DNA of 32,000 nt from Nitrospirota bacterium (GTDB lineage: Bacteria; Nitrospirota; Thermodesulfovibrionia; Thermodesulfovibrionales; JdFR-88). The position numbers and the translations under genes are program-made. Every line of letters begins with the position of its first letter. The first letter of the stretch is position 1. Below are positions 16,005-23,696 of the stretch, piece by piece. The stretch is from the NCBI GenBank assembly GCA_021813405.1, contig JAKAKS010000033.1:12995-44994 (forward strand), read 5' to 3'. Below the pieces are notes generated by a model that had not been told where the DNA came from, ran no database searches, and saw nothing but the letters and a program-made list of their open reading frames with translations.

Positions 16005-17099
16005 ATGAATAAAATTGATGCAAGAGATTACAGGCTGGACCTCCTGAAGGCGATTGCGATTAGCCTTGTGTTGTTTTGGCACCTGAAGCCCCTGGGTTTA
16101 ACGGCATCCTCCGCACCAGCCGCCGGACTTGGCAGTATTTTGAATCTAGTCCCTATTGCACTGGGCATATTCTATTATCAGGTTACGCTGATCGGCGTGC
16201 CTGTATTCATTATAGTTTCCCTGTATTTGTTTTACGGGAAAATAGATAAGGACAATTATTTCCGGAATCGGATTTTACGGATAACGCAAATTTTCATATT
16301 CTGGACGGCCATTCAGTTTGGCATTTACTTTCTATTGAAATTTCTCGTATCCGCCGGAGACATCAAAGATCCACATAACTTGTTCCCACAAATCAATTTT
16401 GATGCAATAATCATGGGTGGCCCCGATTTGCCGGTTGTTGGCGGTTCCGTTTTGTATTTTCTTTTCGATTTGATTTTTCTGTACATCCTGGCTTATGGTT
16501 ACCATCGCCTGAACGCCAGAATAAGGAAGCCGCTGGGATGGGTGGTAATAGTTCTTTCCGCGATGTATTTCCAGTTCTGTATTTTTGGTGGGACCTCTGT
16601 GGCATTCTGGAATATAGAAAATTTCCTAGTATATATTCCCATCGCGCATTTTTTAAGATTTTCGGGCCGGTTTTCAAAATTAAAAAAGTTCTATTTGCTT
16701 GGATTCATAATATTCGGGATTGAAGAAAGTAAAATTGCCCTTAAAATGGGTTCCCTGGGTAATGCGCCATACGACCGGATTTCGATAGTTTTTGGCGCAA
16801 TCGCGCTTGTATCATTTGTTTTTGAATCTTCAAGGCTGGCCACCCAGAGGAAAAAGCACGCTGTTATCAGCCTTGTATCCATGTACAGTCTTGGGATTTA
16901 TGCCACTCATAAATACTGGTTTTTATTGCTGAGGCTGTTTGCCGGTTTGTATTACAAGGTTTTTCCCCGGCAGGATGTGCTATTGTTCAATCTTGATTTG
17001 CATATGGCGCGGCTGATAATAGCAACGGCGGCGGTGCTCCTTACATTGCTCTCAGCATACCTGCTTGGCAAAACCCCGTTAAAAAGATTTGTTTCCTGA
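16005..17099 (+). CDS. Acyltransferase family 3 integral membrane protein (O-acyltransferase)
   Basis: The N-terminal signature is RDYRLDLLKAIAISLVLFWHL. The rest has about 10 hydrophobic helices and is F/Y/I/L-rich. GC content is visibly lower than in the flanking genes. Confidence 0.8.
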   Translation: MNKIDARDYRLDLLKAIAISLVLFWHLKPLGLTASSAPAAGLGSILNLVPIALGIFYYQVTLIGVPVFIIVSLYLFYGKIDKDNYFRNRILRITQIFIFWTAIQFGIYFLLKFLVSAGDIKDPHNLFPQINFDAIIMGGPDLPVVGGSVLYFLFDLIFLYILAYGYHRLNARIRKPLGWVVIVLSAMYFQFCIFGGTSVAFWNIENFLVYIPIAHFLRFSGRFSKLKKFYLLGFIIFGIEESKIALKMGSLGNAPYDRISIVFGAIALVSFVFESSRLATQRKKHAVISLVSMYSLGIYATHKYWFLLLRLFAGLYYKVFPRQDVLLFNLDLHMARLIIATAAVLLTLLSAYLLGKTPLKRFVS

Positions 17100-17163
17100 A
17101 AAGCCGTGAAGAAAAGCTTGATTGGCCTTACTAATTCCGGAACGTTTTAATTGCTATTCTCCT

Positions 17164-19083
17164 TCATTGTTGCTGGGCCTGCTCTTGCACGTTGCCGCTC
17201 TCGTTTTTCTTGCCCTTTGCTTCCTCGATAATCTTTCCAATCTGGTCGCGGTCGAGGACCTCTTCCTTTATCAGGTTGGCGGCCAGTTTGTCGAGGATTG
17301 GGCGGTTTGCCTTCAGGATATTTTCGGCGGTTTCGGCTGCGCCGTTTATAAGGCTTTGTATCTCCTTGTCCATAAGCCAGGCCATCTCCTCGCTGTAACG
17401 TTTGGGTGTGGCAAGCTCGCGGCCTAAAAACGGATGCTCCTCGCCGCGGCCCAGATTCACCGGGCCTATCTTCTCGCTCATCCCCCATTGTGCCACCATC
17501 TTCTCGGCAAGTGAAGTGGCTTCCTTCAGGTCGTTTGATGCCCCGGTGCTGATGTCCCCGAACACCAGCTTTTCAGCGGCCCGGCCTGCAAGCATTACGG
17601 CCAGCCGGTGCATAAGGTAACCCATGGGATAGAAATGCCTGTCCTCTTCCGGTATGGTCTGCGTAACGCCCATGGCCATTCCCCTTGGCAGGATGCTTAC
17701 TTTATGGATGGGGTCCATGTCCGGCAGTTCCCAGGCCGTAAGGGCGTGCCCGGATTCGTGATAGGCGGTTATGCGCTTTTCCTGCTCACTGACCGTGTCT
17801 TCCCGGACGGCCCCCATCAGCACCTTGTCCCTGGCCTCCTCGAAGTCGGACATGTCCACCGTGCTCTTGTTTTTTCTCACGGCCACAAGGGCGGCCTCAT
17901 TTGCCATGTTCTCCAGGTCCGCCCCGGTAAGCCCGGGCGTGCCCTTGGCCAGCCTCTCCAGGTCCACCCCTGGCGCAAGTGGCTTTGAGCGCGTATGAAT
18001 TTCCAGGATGGCCTTGCGTTCCTTCCAGCCTGGCCGGTCCACAACTATCTCGCGGTCAAACCTGCCGGGGCGCAGAAGGGCGGGGTCCAGCACGTCGGGC
18101 CTGTTGGTGGCCGCTATAACAATAACTTCCTCATGGGCCTCAAACCCGTCCATCTCGCTTAGAAGCTGGTTCAGCGTTTGCTCTCTCTCGTCATGCCCGC
18201 CGCCAAGCCCGGCGCCGCGCGTGCGCCCGACAGCGTCTATCTCGTCTATAAAGATTATGCTTGGCTGTGACTCCCTGGCCTTTTTAAACATATCGCGCAC
18301 CCTGGACGCACCCACGCCAACAAACATCTCTATGAATTCCGAGCCGCTTATACTGTAAAACGGCACGCTGGCCTCCCCGGCAGTGGCCCTTGCAAGCAGG
18401 GTTTTCCCCGTGCCGGGCGGGCCCACAAGCAATATGCCTTTGGGCACCTTGGCCCCGATTGCATTGAACTTGGTCGGGTCCTTCAGAAATTCTATGGTTT
18501 CGTTGAGGTCCCGTTTCACGTTTTCCATGCCTGCCACGTCGCGGTAGGTTACCTTTGGCTTTTTCACGTCATATAGCCTGGCCTTGCTGGCCCCGAATGC
18601 AAAAAGCCCTCCTGCGCCGCCCTGTATCTGCTGGGCCCTCCGGAACATATAAACCCAGAAACCTATCAGCAGTATCCATGGCAAAAACCCTATCAGGATG
18701 GTAGTAAACTGCGAGCCCTGAGAAGGCTTTACGTTCACCTGCACACCCCTGGCCTGGAGATCATTCATGATCCCGCCGCCCTGAAATGAAGGCAGGGTTG
18801 TCTGGAAGGTGGTTACTTGTTTAGCGGCGGTTTCGCCGGGGGGTTGAAGGCTTGTCTCTTTTTTCAGTTCGCCTGTCACCTGCAGGTCCTTTATGGTAAC
18901 GGAGTTTATGTTGCCGGCCTGCAGCTGCTGCATGAACTGGGAATAGCTGATAGTGGCTGGCCCCGTTTCGCCCTTGTTCACCTGCCCCCACAGGTATATA
19001 ACCAGTACCGCAAGGAGCAGGAAGAGGACTACCCCCCAAGAGGAGCTTTTGGTTTGCTGCGGCGGTTTCTCCTGTGTGGCCAT
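17164..19083 (-). CDS. ftsH: ATP-dependent zinc metalloprotease FtsH
   Basis: Walker A is GPPGTGKT, Walker B is IIFIDEID, the SRH is present, and the zinc site is HESGHAL. Two N-terminal TM helices are present. I prefer the ATG at 19083 to the TTG at 19101 used by the track. Confidence 0.95.
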   Translation of the reverse strand: MATQEKPPQQTKSSSWGVVLFLLLAVLVIYLWGQVNKGETGPATISYSQFMQQLQAGNINSVTIKDLQVTGELKKETSLQPPGETAAKQVTTFQTTLPSFQGGGIMNDLQARGVQVNVKPSQGSQFTTILIGFLPWILLIGFWVYMFRRAQQIQGGAGGLFAFGASKARLYDVKKPKVTYRDVAGMENVKRDLNETIEFLKDPTKFNAIGAKVPKGILLVGPPGTGKTLLARATAGEASVPFYSISGSEFIEMFVGVGASRVRDMFKKARESQPSIIFIDEIDAVGRTRGAGLGGGHDEREQTLNQLLSEMDGFEAHEEVIVIAATNRPDVLDPALLRPGRFDREIVVDRPGWKERKAILEIHTRSKPLAPGVDLERLAKGTPGLTGADLENMANEAALVAVRKNKSTVDMSDFEEARDKVLMGAVREDTVSEQEKRITAYHESGHALTAWELPDMDPIHKVSILPRGMAMGVTQTIPEEDRHFYPMGYLMHRLAVMLAGRAAEKLVFGDISTGASNDLKEATSLAEKMVAQWGMSEKIGPVNLGRGEEHPFLGRELATPKRYSEEMAWLMDKEIQSLINGAAETAENILKANRPILDKLAANLIKEEVLDRDQIGKIIEEAKGKKNESGNVQEQAQQQ

Positions 19084-19173
19084 AATTAATAATAAACTCA
19101 AAAGGTTTCAATTACAATTCACGTTAAATTGGTATCACATACGGTTAATATCCTTGATAAGTTAAACTAAAAT

Positions 19174-20250
19174 ATGGATTACTCTTTGACGACCGCCAGG
19201 CACTTCACCAGGGGCCGGATAACCGGCGTTAAACCGTTTGGCAGCGGCAATATAAACAGCACCTTTCTGGTTGAATCTGAAGACGGGGGGAAATTTGTCC
19301 TCCAGCGCATCAATACCCGTGTTTTCCATAGGCCTGAGGATGTTATGCGCAACATGCGCGTGTGCACGGAACATATGATAGGAAAAAACAATTCCACGTC
19401 CAGCCGCCTTGAGGTGCCGGGCGTTGTCCTGGCCACGGACGGGCTGGATTATTGGGTTGACGATGAGGGCGGGTTCTGGCGCGCCCTCACCATGATCGAG
19501 GGTGCACAATCTTTCAACATAGTCCAGAACGAAACCCATGCAAGGCAGGCCGGTTATGCGCTTGGCCTTTTCCACCAGCTTTTAAGCGATCTGCCCCCCG
19601 GCAAACTTGCCGATACGCTGCCAGGCTTTCATATCACGCCAGGATATCTGGCGCATTACGGTGGGGCGCTGGCAATTTATAAAGGGGCCGTGCCGCCTGA
19701 GGCGGCCTGGTGCATGGATTTTATAGCGGCACGCAAAGGGCTGGCATACATGCTTGAAAACGCAAAAGGGCAGGGCAGGCTGCCAGTGCGCGTGATGCAT
19801 GGCGATCCAAAGATAAATAATATCCTTGTAAACCCGCAGACGTTCAGGGCCGTAAGCGTTATAGACCTGGACACGGTAAAGCCCGGTCTTGTCCATTACG
19901 ACATAGGCGATTGCCTGCGCTCCGGGTGCAACCCGCTTGGCGAGGAGACCGCAGATGTGGATTCCGTTTATTTTCATACCGGGTATTGCCGCGCCATACT
20001 TGAAGGCTATCTTGAGGCGGGCAGGGAATTTCTCACCGCCGGCGATTTTGAATTCATATATCCCTGTGTCCGCCTGATAGCGTTTGAGCTTGGGTTGCGG
20101 TTTTTCACGGATTACCTGGAGGGTAATGTCTATTTTAGGGCTAATTCACCCGGGCACAATTTAAAAAGGGCCCTTGTGCAGTTCAGGCTTACTGAGAGCA
20201 TTGAGCATCAGGAGGCGGACATAAGGCAGATAGTGCGGGAGGGCGCGTGA
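19174..20250 (+). CDS. APH-fold phosphotransferase, NahK-like (sugar-1-kinase type)
   Basis: The nucleotide loop is FGSGNINSTFLV. The catalytic region is HGDPKINNILV ... VIDLDTVKPGLVHYDIGDCLRS. The specific substrate cannot be read from the sequence. Confidence 0.75.
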   Translation: MDYSLTTARHFTRGRITGVKPFGSGNINSTFLVESEDGGKFVLQRINTRVFHRPEDVMRNMRVCTEHMIGKNNSTSSRLEVPGVVLATDGLDYWVDDEGGFWRALTMIEGAQSFNIVQNETHARQAGYALGLFHQLLSDLPPGKLADTLPGFHITPGYLAHYGGALAIYKGAVPPEAAWCMDFIAARKGLAYMLENAKGQGRLPVRVMHGDPKINNILVNPQTFRAVSVIDLDTVKPGLVHYDIGDCLRSGCNPLGEETADVDSVYFHTGYCRAILEGYLEAGREFLTAGDFEFIYPCVRLIAFELGLRFFTDYLEGNVYFRANSPGHNLKRALVQFRLTESIEHQEADIRQIVREGA

Positions 20251-20783
20251 CTTCCGTAGAGTTTGCCCTGCTGCCTTTTCCCGGTGAAATTTTTCCGGAA
20301 ATAAAGATTTCCGGGAGCGCTGGGAGGGAAGGCAACGTGTTCTCAATCCATTACAACATTACCGGTGATCTGCCGCGGATAGTGCTGCCAGCGGCGGGGA
20401 CGGCGCCGGAGCGTGTGGACGGACTTTGGGAAGCAACCTGCATGGAGTTTTTTCTTTCTCCGCGCGGCCGCGTGGATTACTGGGAGTTCAATCTCTCGCC
20501 ATCGGGGGACTGGAACGTTTACAGGCTGGACTCTTACAGGGAGGGGTTCCGGCGGGAACCGTCAATAGAGCGGCTCCCGTTTAAGTTTCATCGCGGGCCG
20601 GACGCGCTTGGGTTATCGCTGGAATGCGACCTGGCCCGGGTAATTAATCCGGATATCAAAATCGAGGCCGCAATAACCGCCGTAATAAAAACCGCGGACG
20701 GAAAATTGAGCTACTGGGCTTTAAAGCATCCAGCAGGCAAACCCGACTTCCATCACAGGGAAAGTTTTGTGATCGAACTTTGA
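20247..20783 (+). CDS. Hypothetical soluble protein, possibly a DOMON/CBM9-like beta-sandwich (family assignment from memory only)
   Basis: The GTG start overlaps the kinase stop (GTGA at 20247-20250). Codon usage looks coherent. The motif is LWEATCMEFFLSPRGRVDYWEFNLSPSGDWNVY. Confidence 0.6.
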   Translation: MTSVEFALLPFPGEIFPEIKISGSAGREGNVFSIHYNITGDLPRIVLPAAGTAPERVDGLWEATCMEFFLSPRGRVDYWEFNLSPSGDWNVYRLDSYREGFRREPSIERLPFKFHRGPDALGLSLECDLARVINPDIKIEAAITAVIKTADGKLSYWALKHPAGKPDFHHRESFVIEL

Positions 20784-20795
20784 CCTGGCCTGTTT

Positions 20796-21113
20796 TCAGT
20801 CCAGAAACGAGCAGCAGTAATCCGTAACGGACTTTACCTTCACGATGAATGAGGAATTGGCCGGCACTTCAAACGACTCCCCTCCTTTCACGGGCTTCCA
20901 CTGCTGTGAGCCGGGCAGGCGCACATCCAGGTCGCCGGATGTTATCTCCATCAGTTCCGCTTTCCCTGTATTGAATTCGTACTGGCCGGGCTGCATTATT
21001 CCCAATGTTTTTTTGGAGCCGTCTTCAAACAGCACCGTGCGGCTTGCCACCCCGCCGTCAAAATAGATGTTTGCCTTCGTCAGTACCTTTACGTGCTCGA
21101 AAAATTCCGGCAT
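20796..21113 (-). CDS. ppnP: Pyrimidine/purine nucleoside phosphorylase PpnP (DUF1255/YaiE family)
   Basis: The 105-aa cupin-like protein reads ANIYFDGGVASRTVLFEDGSKKTLGIMQPGQYEFNTGKAELMEITSGDLDV ... FEVPANSSF. GGGAGG precedes the ATG. Confidence 0.9.
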   Translation of the reverse strand: MPEFFEHVKVLTKANIYFDGGVASRTVLFEDGSKKTLGIMQPGQYEFNTGKAELMEITSGDLDVRLPGSQQWKPVKGGESFEVPANSSFIVKVKSVTDYCCSFLD

Positions 21114-21153
21114 CGCACGCCTCCCTTTAAAAAGTTATTTGGTTTGAAGCACG

Positions 21154-21162
21154 ATTATATCA
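21154..21162 (-). promoter_or_regulatory. Extended -10 promoter (TGaTATAAT) for ppnP
   Basis: The minus strand reads ttcTGaTATAATcgtg about 40 nt upstream of the ppnP ATG. Confidence 0.35.
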
Positions 21163-21391
21163 GAAATCAGGCCACATTCGGAGCGTTTAGCTGCGCATGC
21201 ACTGGTTCGCCTTAAAAAATAGATGGAAGCGTTCGCGGAGGTTTTACTTTCACGTTAGGATTACGTCAATTTTTTTTAGAAATTGCCCCGGGCAACAGCG
21301 GCAGAGCCGTGAGTTCGAAACCTCCATCGCTCATTTTTCTGCTCTAATATCCTACAGATGGACGCGGCACACGTTCTGGAAACTTTTTGTT

Positions 21392-22189
21392 CTATTCGGG
21401 ATTTGTTTTATCTGGCAAACAAAAGCCCAGTATCTTAGCCGCAAGCTCGCTCCTTCGTTTTACATCGAGCTTTCCAAATATGTTTTTCAGGTGGTCCTTC
21501 ACGGTCATTTCAGTGATAAAAAGCCGCTCTGCAATCTGCCGGTTGGATAACCCTCTTACAGCCAACGCGGTAATCTCATGCTCTCTCCGTGTTAAATTAA
21601 AGCCGGAGAGCTTTGTCCGGATGTCATCCCGCTGCAAGGCCATTTGCTCCAGTAAAGCAGTGTGGTCCATAGCCCGCGAAAGATGAGGAAGAAGGATGTC
21701 CATGACCGCGATATCCTGCGCTGTGAAATCCTTGTCGCTTTTTTTCCTGTGAAGGGCAAAACCTGCGGATGGAGCCCCGCGTGAGCCGAGGTTCGCGCTC
21801 AACTCATAAAAGATCGGGACCTTCGGCTGGAAATCCCTGCCCCACGCGGTATCATGCAGACTTGAAGCCGGAATAAAATCTGTAAGCCGGAGTGATTTGT
21901 TCAAGGGCATCATGTGCATTTTTTTTTGTACAAGAGGATGCAAAGGGGCGTAGTAACTGAAAAAACTTAATAAAGGTCCATCTTCAATATTAAAACTTAC
22001 GGCCCCATTCTTTTTAAAAATTCCCGTTTTGATGTCCAGGGGGAGAAAGACCCCGCTGCTGATGCCTATCCATTTTTCAAGTTTCTCAAATATGGCTAGC
22101 AATGTGGCTGTACGATCGAAGCTGGAATAGGCCATGTCAATAATATCAAGGATGGCCCTGTAATCTTTTGAAGAAATACGGGAGGCCAT
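21392..22189 (-). CDS. LuxR-family transcriptional regulator (N-terminal sensor-like domain plus C-terminal HTH), paralogue 1
   Basis: The C-terminal segment is LTRREHEITALAVRGLSNRQIAERLFITEMTVKDHLKNIFGKLDVKRRSELAAKIL. I chose the start at MASRISSKDYRAILD (22189), which aligns with the start of paralogue 2 and lies 1 nt after its stop. Confidence 0.85.
   Translation of the reverse strand: MASRISSKDYRAILDIIDMAYSSFDRTATLLAIFEKLEKWIGISSGVFLPLDIKTGIFKKNGAVSFNIEDGPLLSFFSYYAPLHPLVQKKMHMMPLNKSLRLTDFIPASSLHDTAWGRDFQPKVPIFYELSANLGSRGAPSAGFALHRKKSDKDFTAQDIAVMDILLPHLSRAMDHTALLEQMALQRDDIRTKLSGFNLTRREHEITALAVRGLSNRQIAERLFITEMTVKDHLKNIFGKLDVKRRSELAAKILGFCLPDKTNPE
21435..21547. repeat. 113-bp near-identical tract, copy A (inside the HTH region of LuxR paralogue 1)
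   Basis: A hand alignment to 22264-22376 shows 4 mismatches in 113 nt, including a 57-nt perfect run. The flanking gene sequence is strongly diverged, including at synonymous positions. Confidence 0.9.
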
Positions 22190-22190
22190 T

Positions 22191-23234
22191 TTACGTTCCA
22201 GCGGAAGCGGGCGGTTTCTCCATGCTCCCGGTTTTGCTTTCATAGGGTCGCATTACAAGCGCCTTGGCCGCAAGCTCGCTCCTGCGTTTTACATCGAGCT
22301 TTCCGAATATGTTTTTCATGTGGTCCTTCACGGTCATTTCAGTGATAAAAAGCCGCTCTGCAATCTGCCGGTTGGAAAGGCCCTGAATGGCCAGCCCCGC
22401 AACCTCTTTTTCCCGTATTGTAAGGTCAAATCCATCCAGCTTCAAGGCAAGCTTATCCTTTGCCGGCTGAGGCTCCAGGATAGTGAATTTCCCCTTTCTC
22501 TTTCTGTCTATTGGCACTGTGCGGACGCGGAACGTGCGGCCTTTTTTGAAGAAGACCGGGGCACAACCAAGGCCAGGGTCCGGAATTGCATCAGGCGAGG
22601 ACCCGTTAAGCGCCCTTTCGGCCTCTTTGTTCATGAAAAAGGGCTTGCCGCTCTCATCGGTCATAATAACGCCGCAATCCTCTTTGTCGAGCCCTACGGA
22701 ACTCGTCAATTCCCGAATGTGGATGGCCCTGGCGATATGAGGAAGGAGGATATTTACAACCTCTTTGTCCCTCCGGCTGAAATTGCCTTCATGCTTTTGC
22801 CGGTGAATTCCAAGCATGCCTACTATATCGCCCTGCACGCCCAATGTGGAGGCGATAACATAAAATACGGAGGCCATGGGCATAAGGAAATCGGTCGCGA
22901 ACTCGGTCTTTATCAACTCTGGCATAAGGTCGGTATTCCGTGCGGCCTCGTTCGGGTGGCCTTTAAACCAGCCGCATGAAGTAAAAGGGTCTTGGGGGGC
23001 ATAGTGGGACAGATATGCGAGCATGGCCCCTTCCCAGTTGTTGAATATCTGGTAACCGCTGAAAAGAAATTCTCCGGTTTTAAGATTGGCCGGGACAAAA
23101 ATTGCGCTGTAGATGCCTATGAATTTCCGTAATTTCTCACAAAGGGCATGGAACATTGCGCCTGTGTCCGGGACGGAATAGATGACATCGATACTCTCCA
23201 GAACACTTCTGTAATCTCTCGCGGAAAGAGCCAC
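22191..23234 (-). CDS. LuxR-family transcriptional regulator, paralogue 2 (longer, with a roughly 60-aa insert before the HTH)
   Basis: The start is GTG with a GAGGG SD. The N-terminus MALSARDYRSVLESIDVIYS parallels paralogue 1. The HTH is LTIREKEVAGLAIQGLSNRQIAERLFITEMTVKDHMKNIFGKLDVKRRSELAAKAL. Confidence 0.85.
   Translation of the reverse strand: MALSARDYRSVLESIDVIYSVPDTGAMFHALCEKLRKFIGIYSAIFVPANLKTGEFLFSGYQIFNNWEGAMLAYLSHYAPQDPFTSCGWFKGHPNEAARNTDLMPELIKTEFATDFLMPMASVFYVIASTLGVQGDIVGMLGIHRQKHEGNFSRRDKEVVNILLPHIARAIHIRELTSSVGLDKEDCGVIMTDESGKPFFMNKEAERALNGSSPDAIPDPGLGCAPVFFKKGRTFRVRTVPIDRKRKGKFTILEPQPAKDKLALKLDGFDLTIREKEVAGLAIQGLSNRQIAERLFITEMTVKDHMKNIFGKLDVKRRSELAAKALVMRPYESKTGSMEKPPASAGT
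22264..22376. repeat. 113-bp near-identical tract, copy B (inside the HTH region of LuxR paralogue 2)
   Basis: This is a direct repeat of 21435-21547, 829 bp away; see copy A. Confidence 0.9.
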
Positions 23235-23330
23235 GGCGCAACCCTCACATAAAGACGCCTTTTTTTCTTTTAAAAATCTTTATTTACCACTTTTTGCCAA
23301 GTAGACCAAATATAACACAAAATACTTTAA

Positions 23331-23352
23331 AAATCCCTCTTTCGAGGGATTT
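23331..23352. promoter_or_regulatory. Perfect 9-4-9 inverted repeat, a candidate LuxR-type operator (alternatively a minus-strand hairpin)
   Basis: The sequence is AAATCCCTC-TTTC-GAGGGATTT. Its centre at 23341.5 lies about 43 bp upstream of the TSS predicted from the TATAAT at 23373-23378. Confidence 0.4.
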
Positions 23353-23378
23353 ATCTGAAAAGCTATTTCCCTTATAAT
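23350..23378 (+). promoter_or_regulatory. Sigma70-like promoter with a perfect -10 (TTTATC-N17-TATAAT)
   Basis: TATAAT lies at 23373-23378. The -35 is weak and is overlapped by the right arm of the inverted repeat, as expected for an activator-dependent promoter. Confidence 0.4.
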
Positions 23379-23406
23379 GAGGCAGACAGATAAAAAGGGC
23401 GAACTT

Positions 23407-23580
23407 ATGGCCGATGCGGAAGAACAGAAGCTCATGGAGATATTAAAGCCGCTTGAGGAGATAAAACGAGGATTACTGGAACTGCTTAAAATAGGAGCCT
23501 GTCTTCAGGCGGCAAGGACAAAGGCTGCGTCCGGAGGAAACCGGAGAGCAGCCTTTTTTATTTTCTGCGGCCGCCTGTGA
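23407..23580 (+). CDS. Short leader ORF (57 codons) that reads through the terminator hairpin; coding status uncertain
   Basis: The translation is MADAEEQKLMEILKPLEEIKRGLLELLKIG followed by ACLQAARTKAASGGNRRAAFFIFCGRL. The first half looks like an amphipathic helix. The second half is encoded by the hairpin-forming sequence. The SD is weak (AAGGG). The track start at 23377 overlaps the -10 box. Confidence 0.3.
   Translation: MADAEEQKLMEILKPLEEIKRGLLELLKIGACLQAARTKAASGGNRRAAFFIFCGRL
23521..23566 (+). terminator. Rho-independent terminator or attenuator inside the leader
   Basis: AAGGCTGC pairs with GCAGCCTT and the inner UCCGG-AGGAAA-CCGGA forms a second stem, giving 13 bp in total. TTTTTTATTTTCT follows. 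Confidence 0.65.
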
Positions 23581-23696
23581 GGACAGGCTCTATCAAGCAA
23601 GGACTGCGGCATTACCTCTTTGAAATATATGGCAGTGGGACGTTGCACACCCGTTTTTGAGGCGTAGTGGAAATTTTGAAAAATGGAGGTCTGAAA

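Noticed and set aside
21311-21325. tRNA T-arm-like GAGTTCGAAACCTCC, a possible tRNA gene or att-site remnant
   Set aside because: The 5-bp T-stem does not pair. No matching acceptor 5-prime strand or anticodon arm lies upstream, so there is no support for a tRNA or tRNA fragment.
23640-23657. Sigma-54-like TGGCA ... TTGCA element upstream of the lipoprotein gene
   Set aside because: There are 8 nt between TGGCA and TTGCA, so GG and GC are 12 nt apart instead of the strict 10. No enhancer-binding protein gene is nearby.
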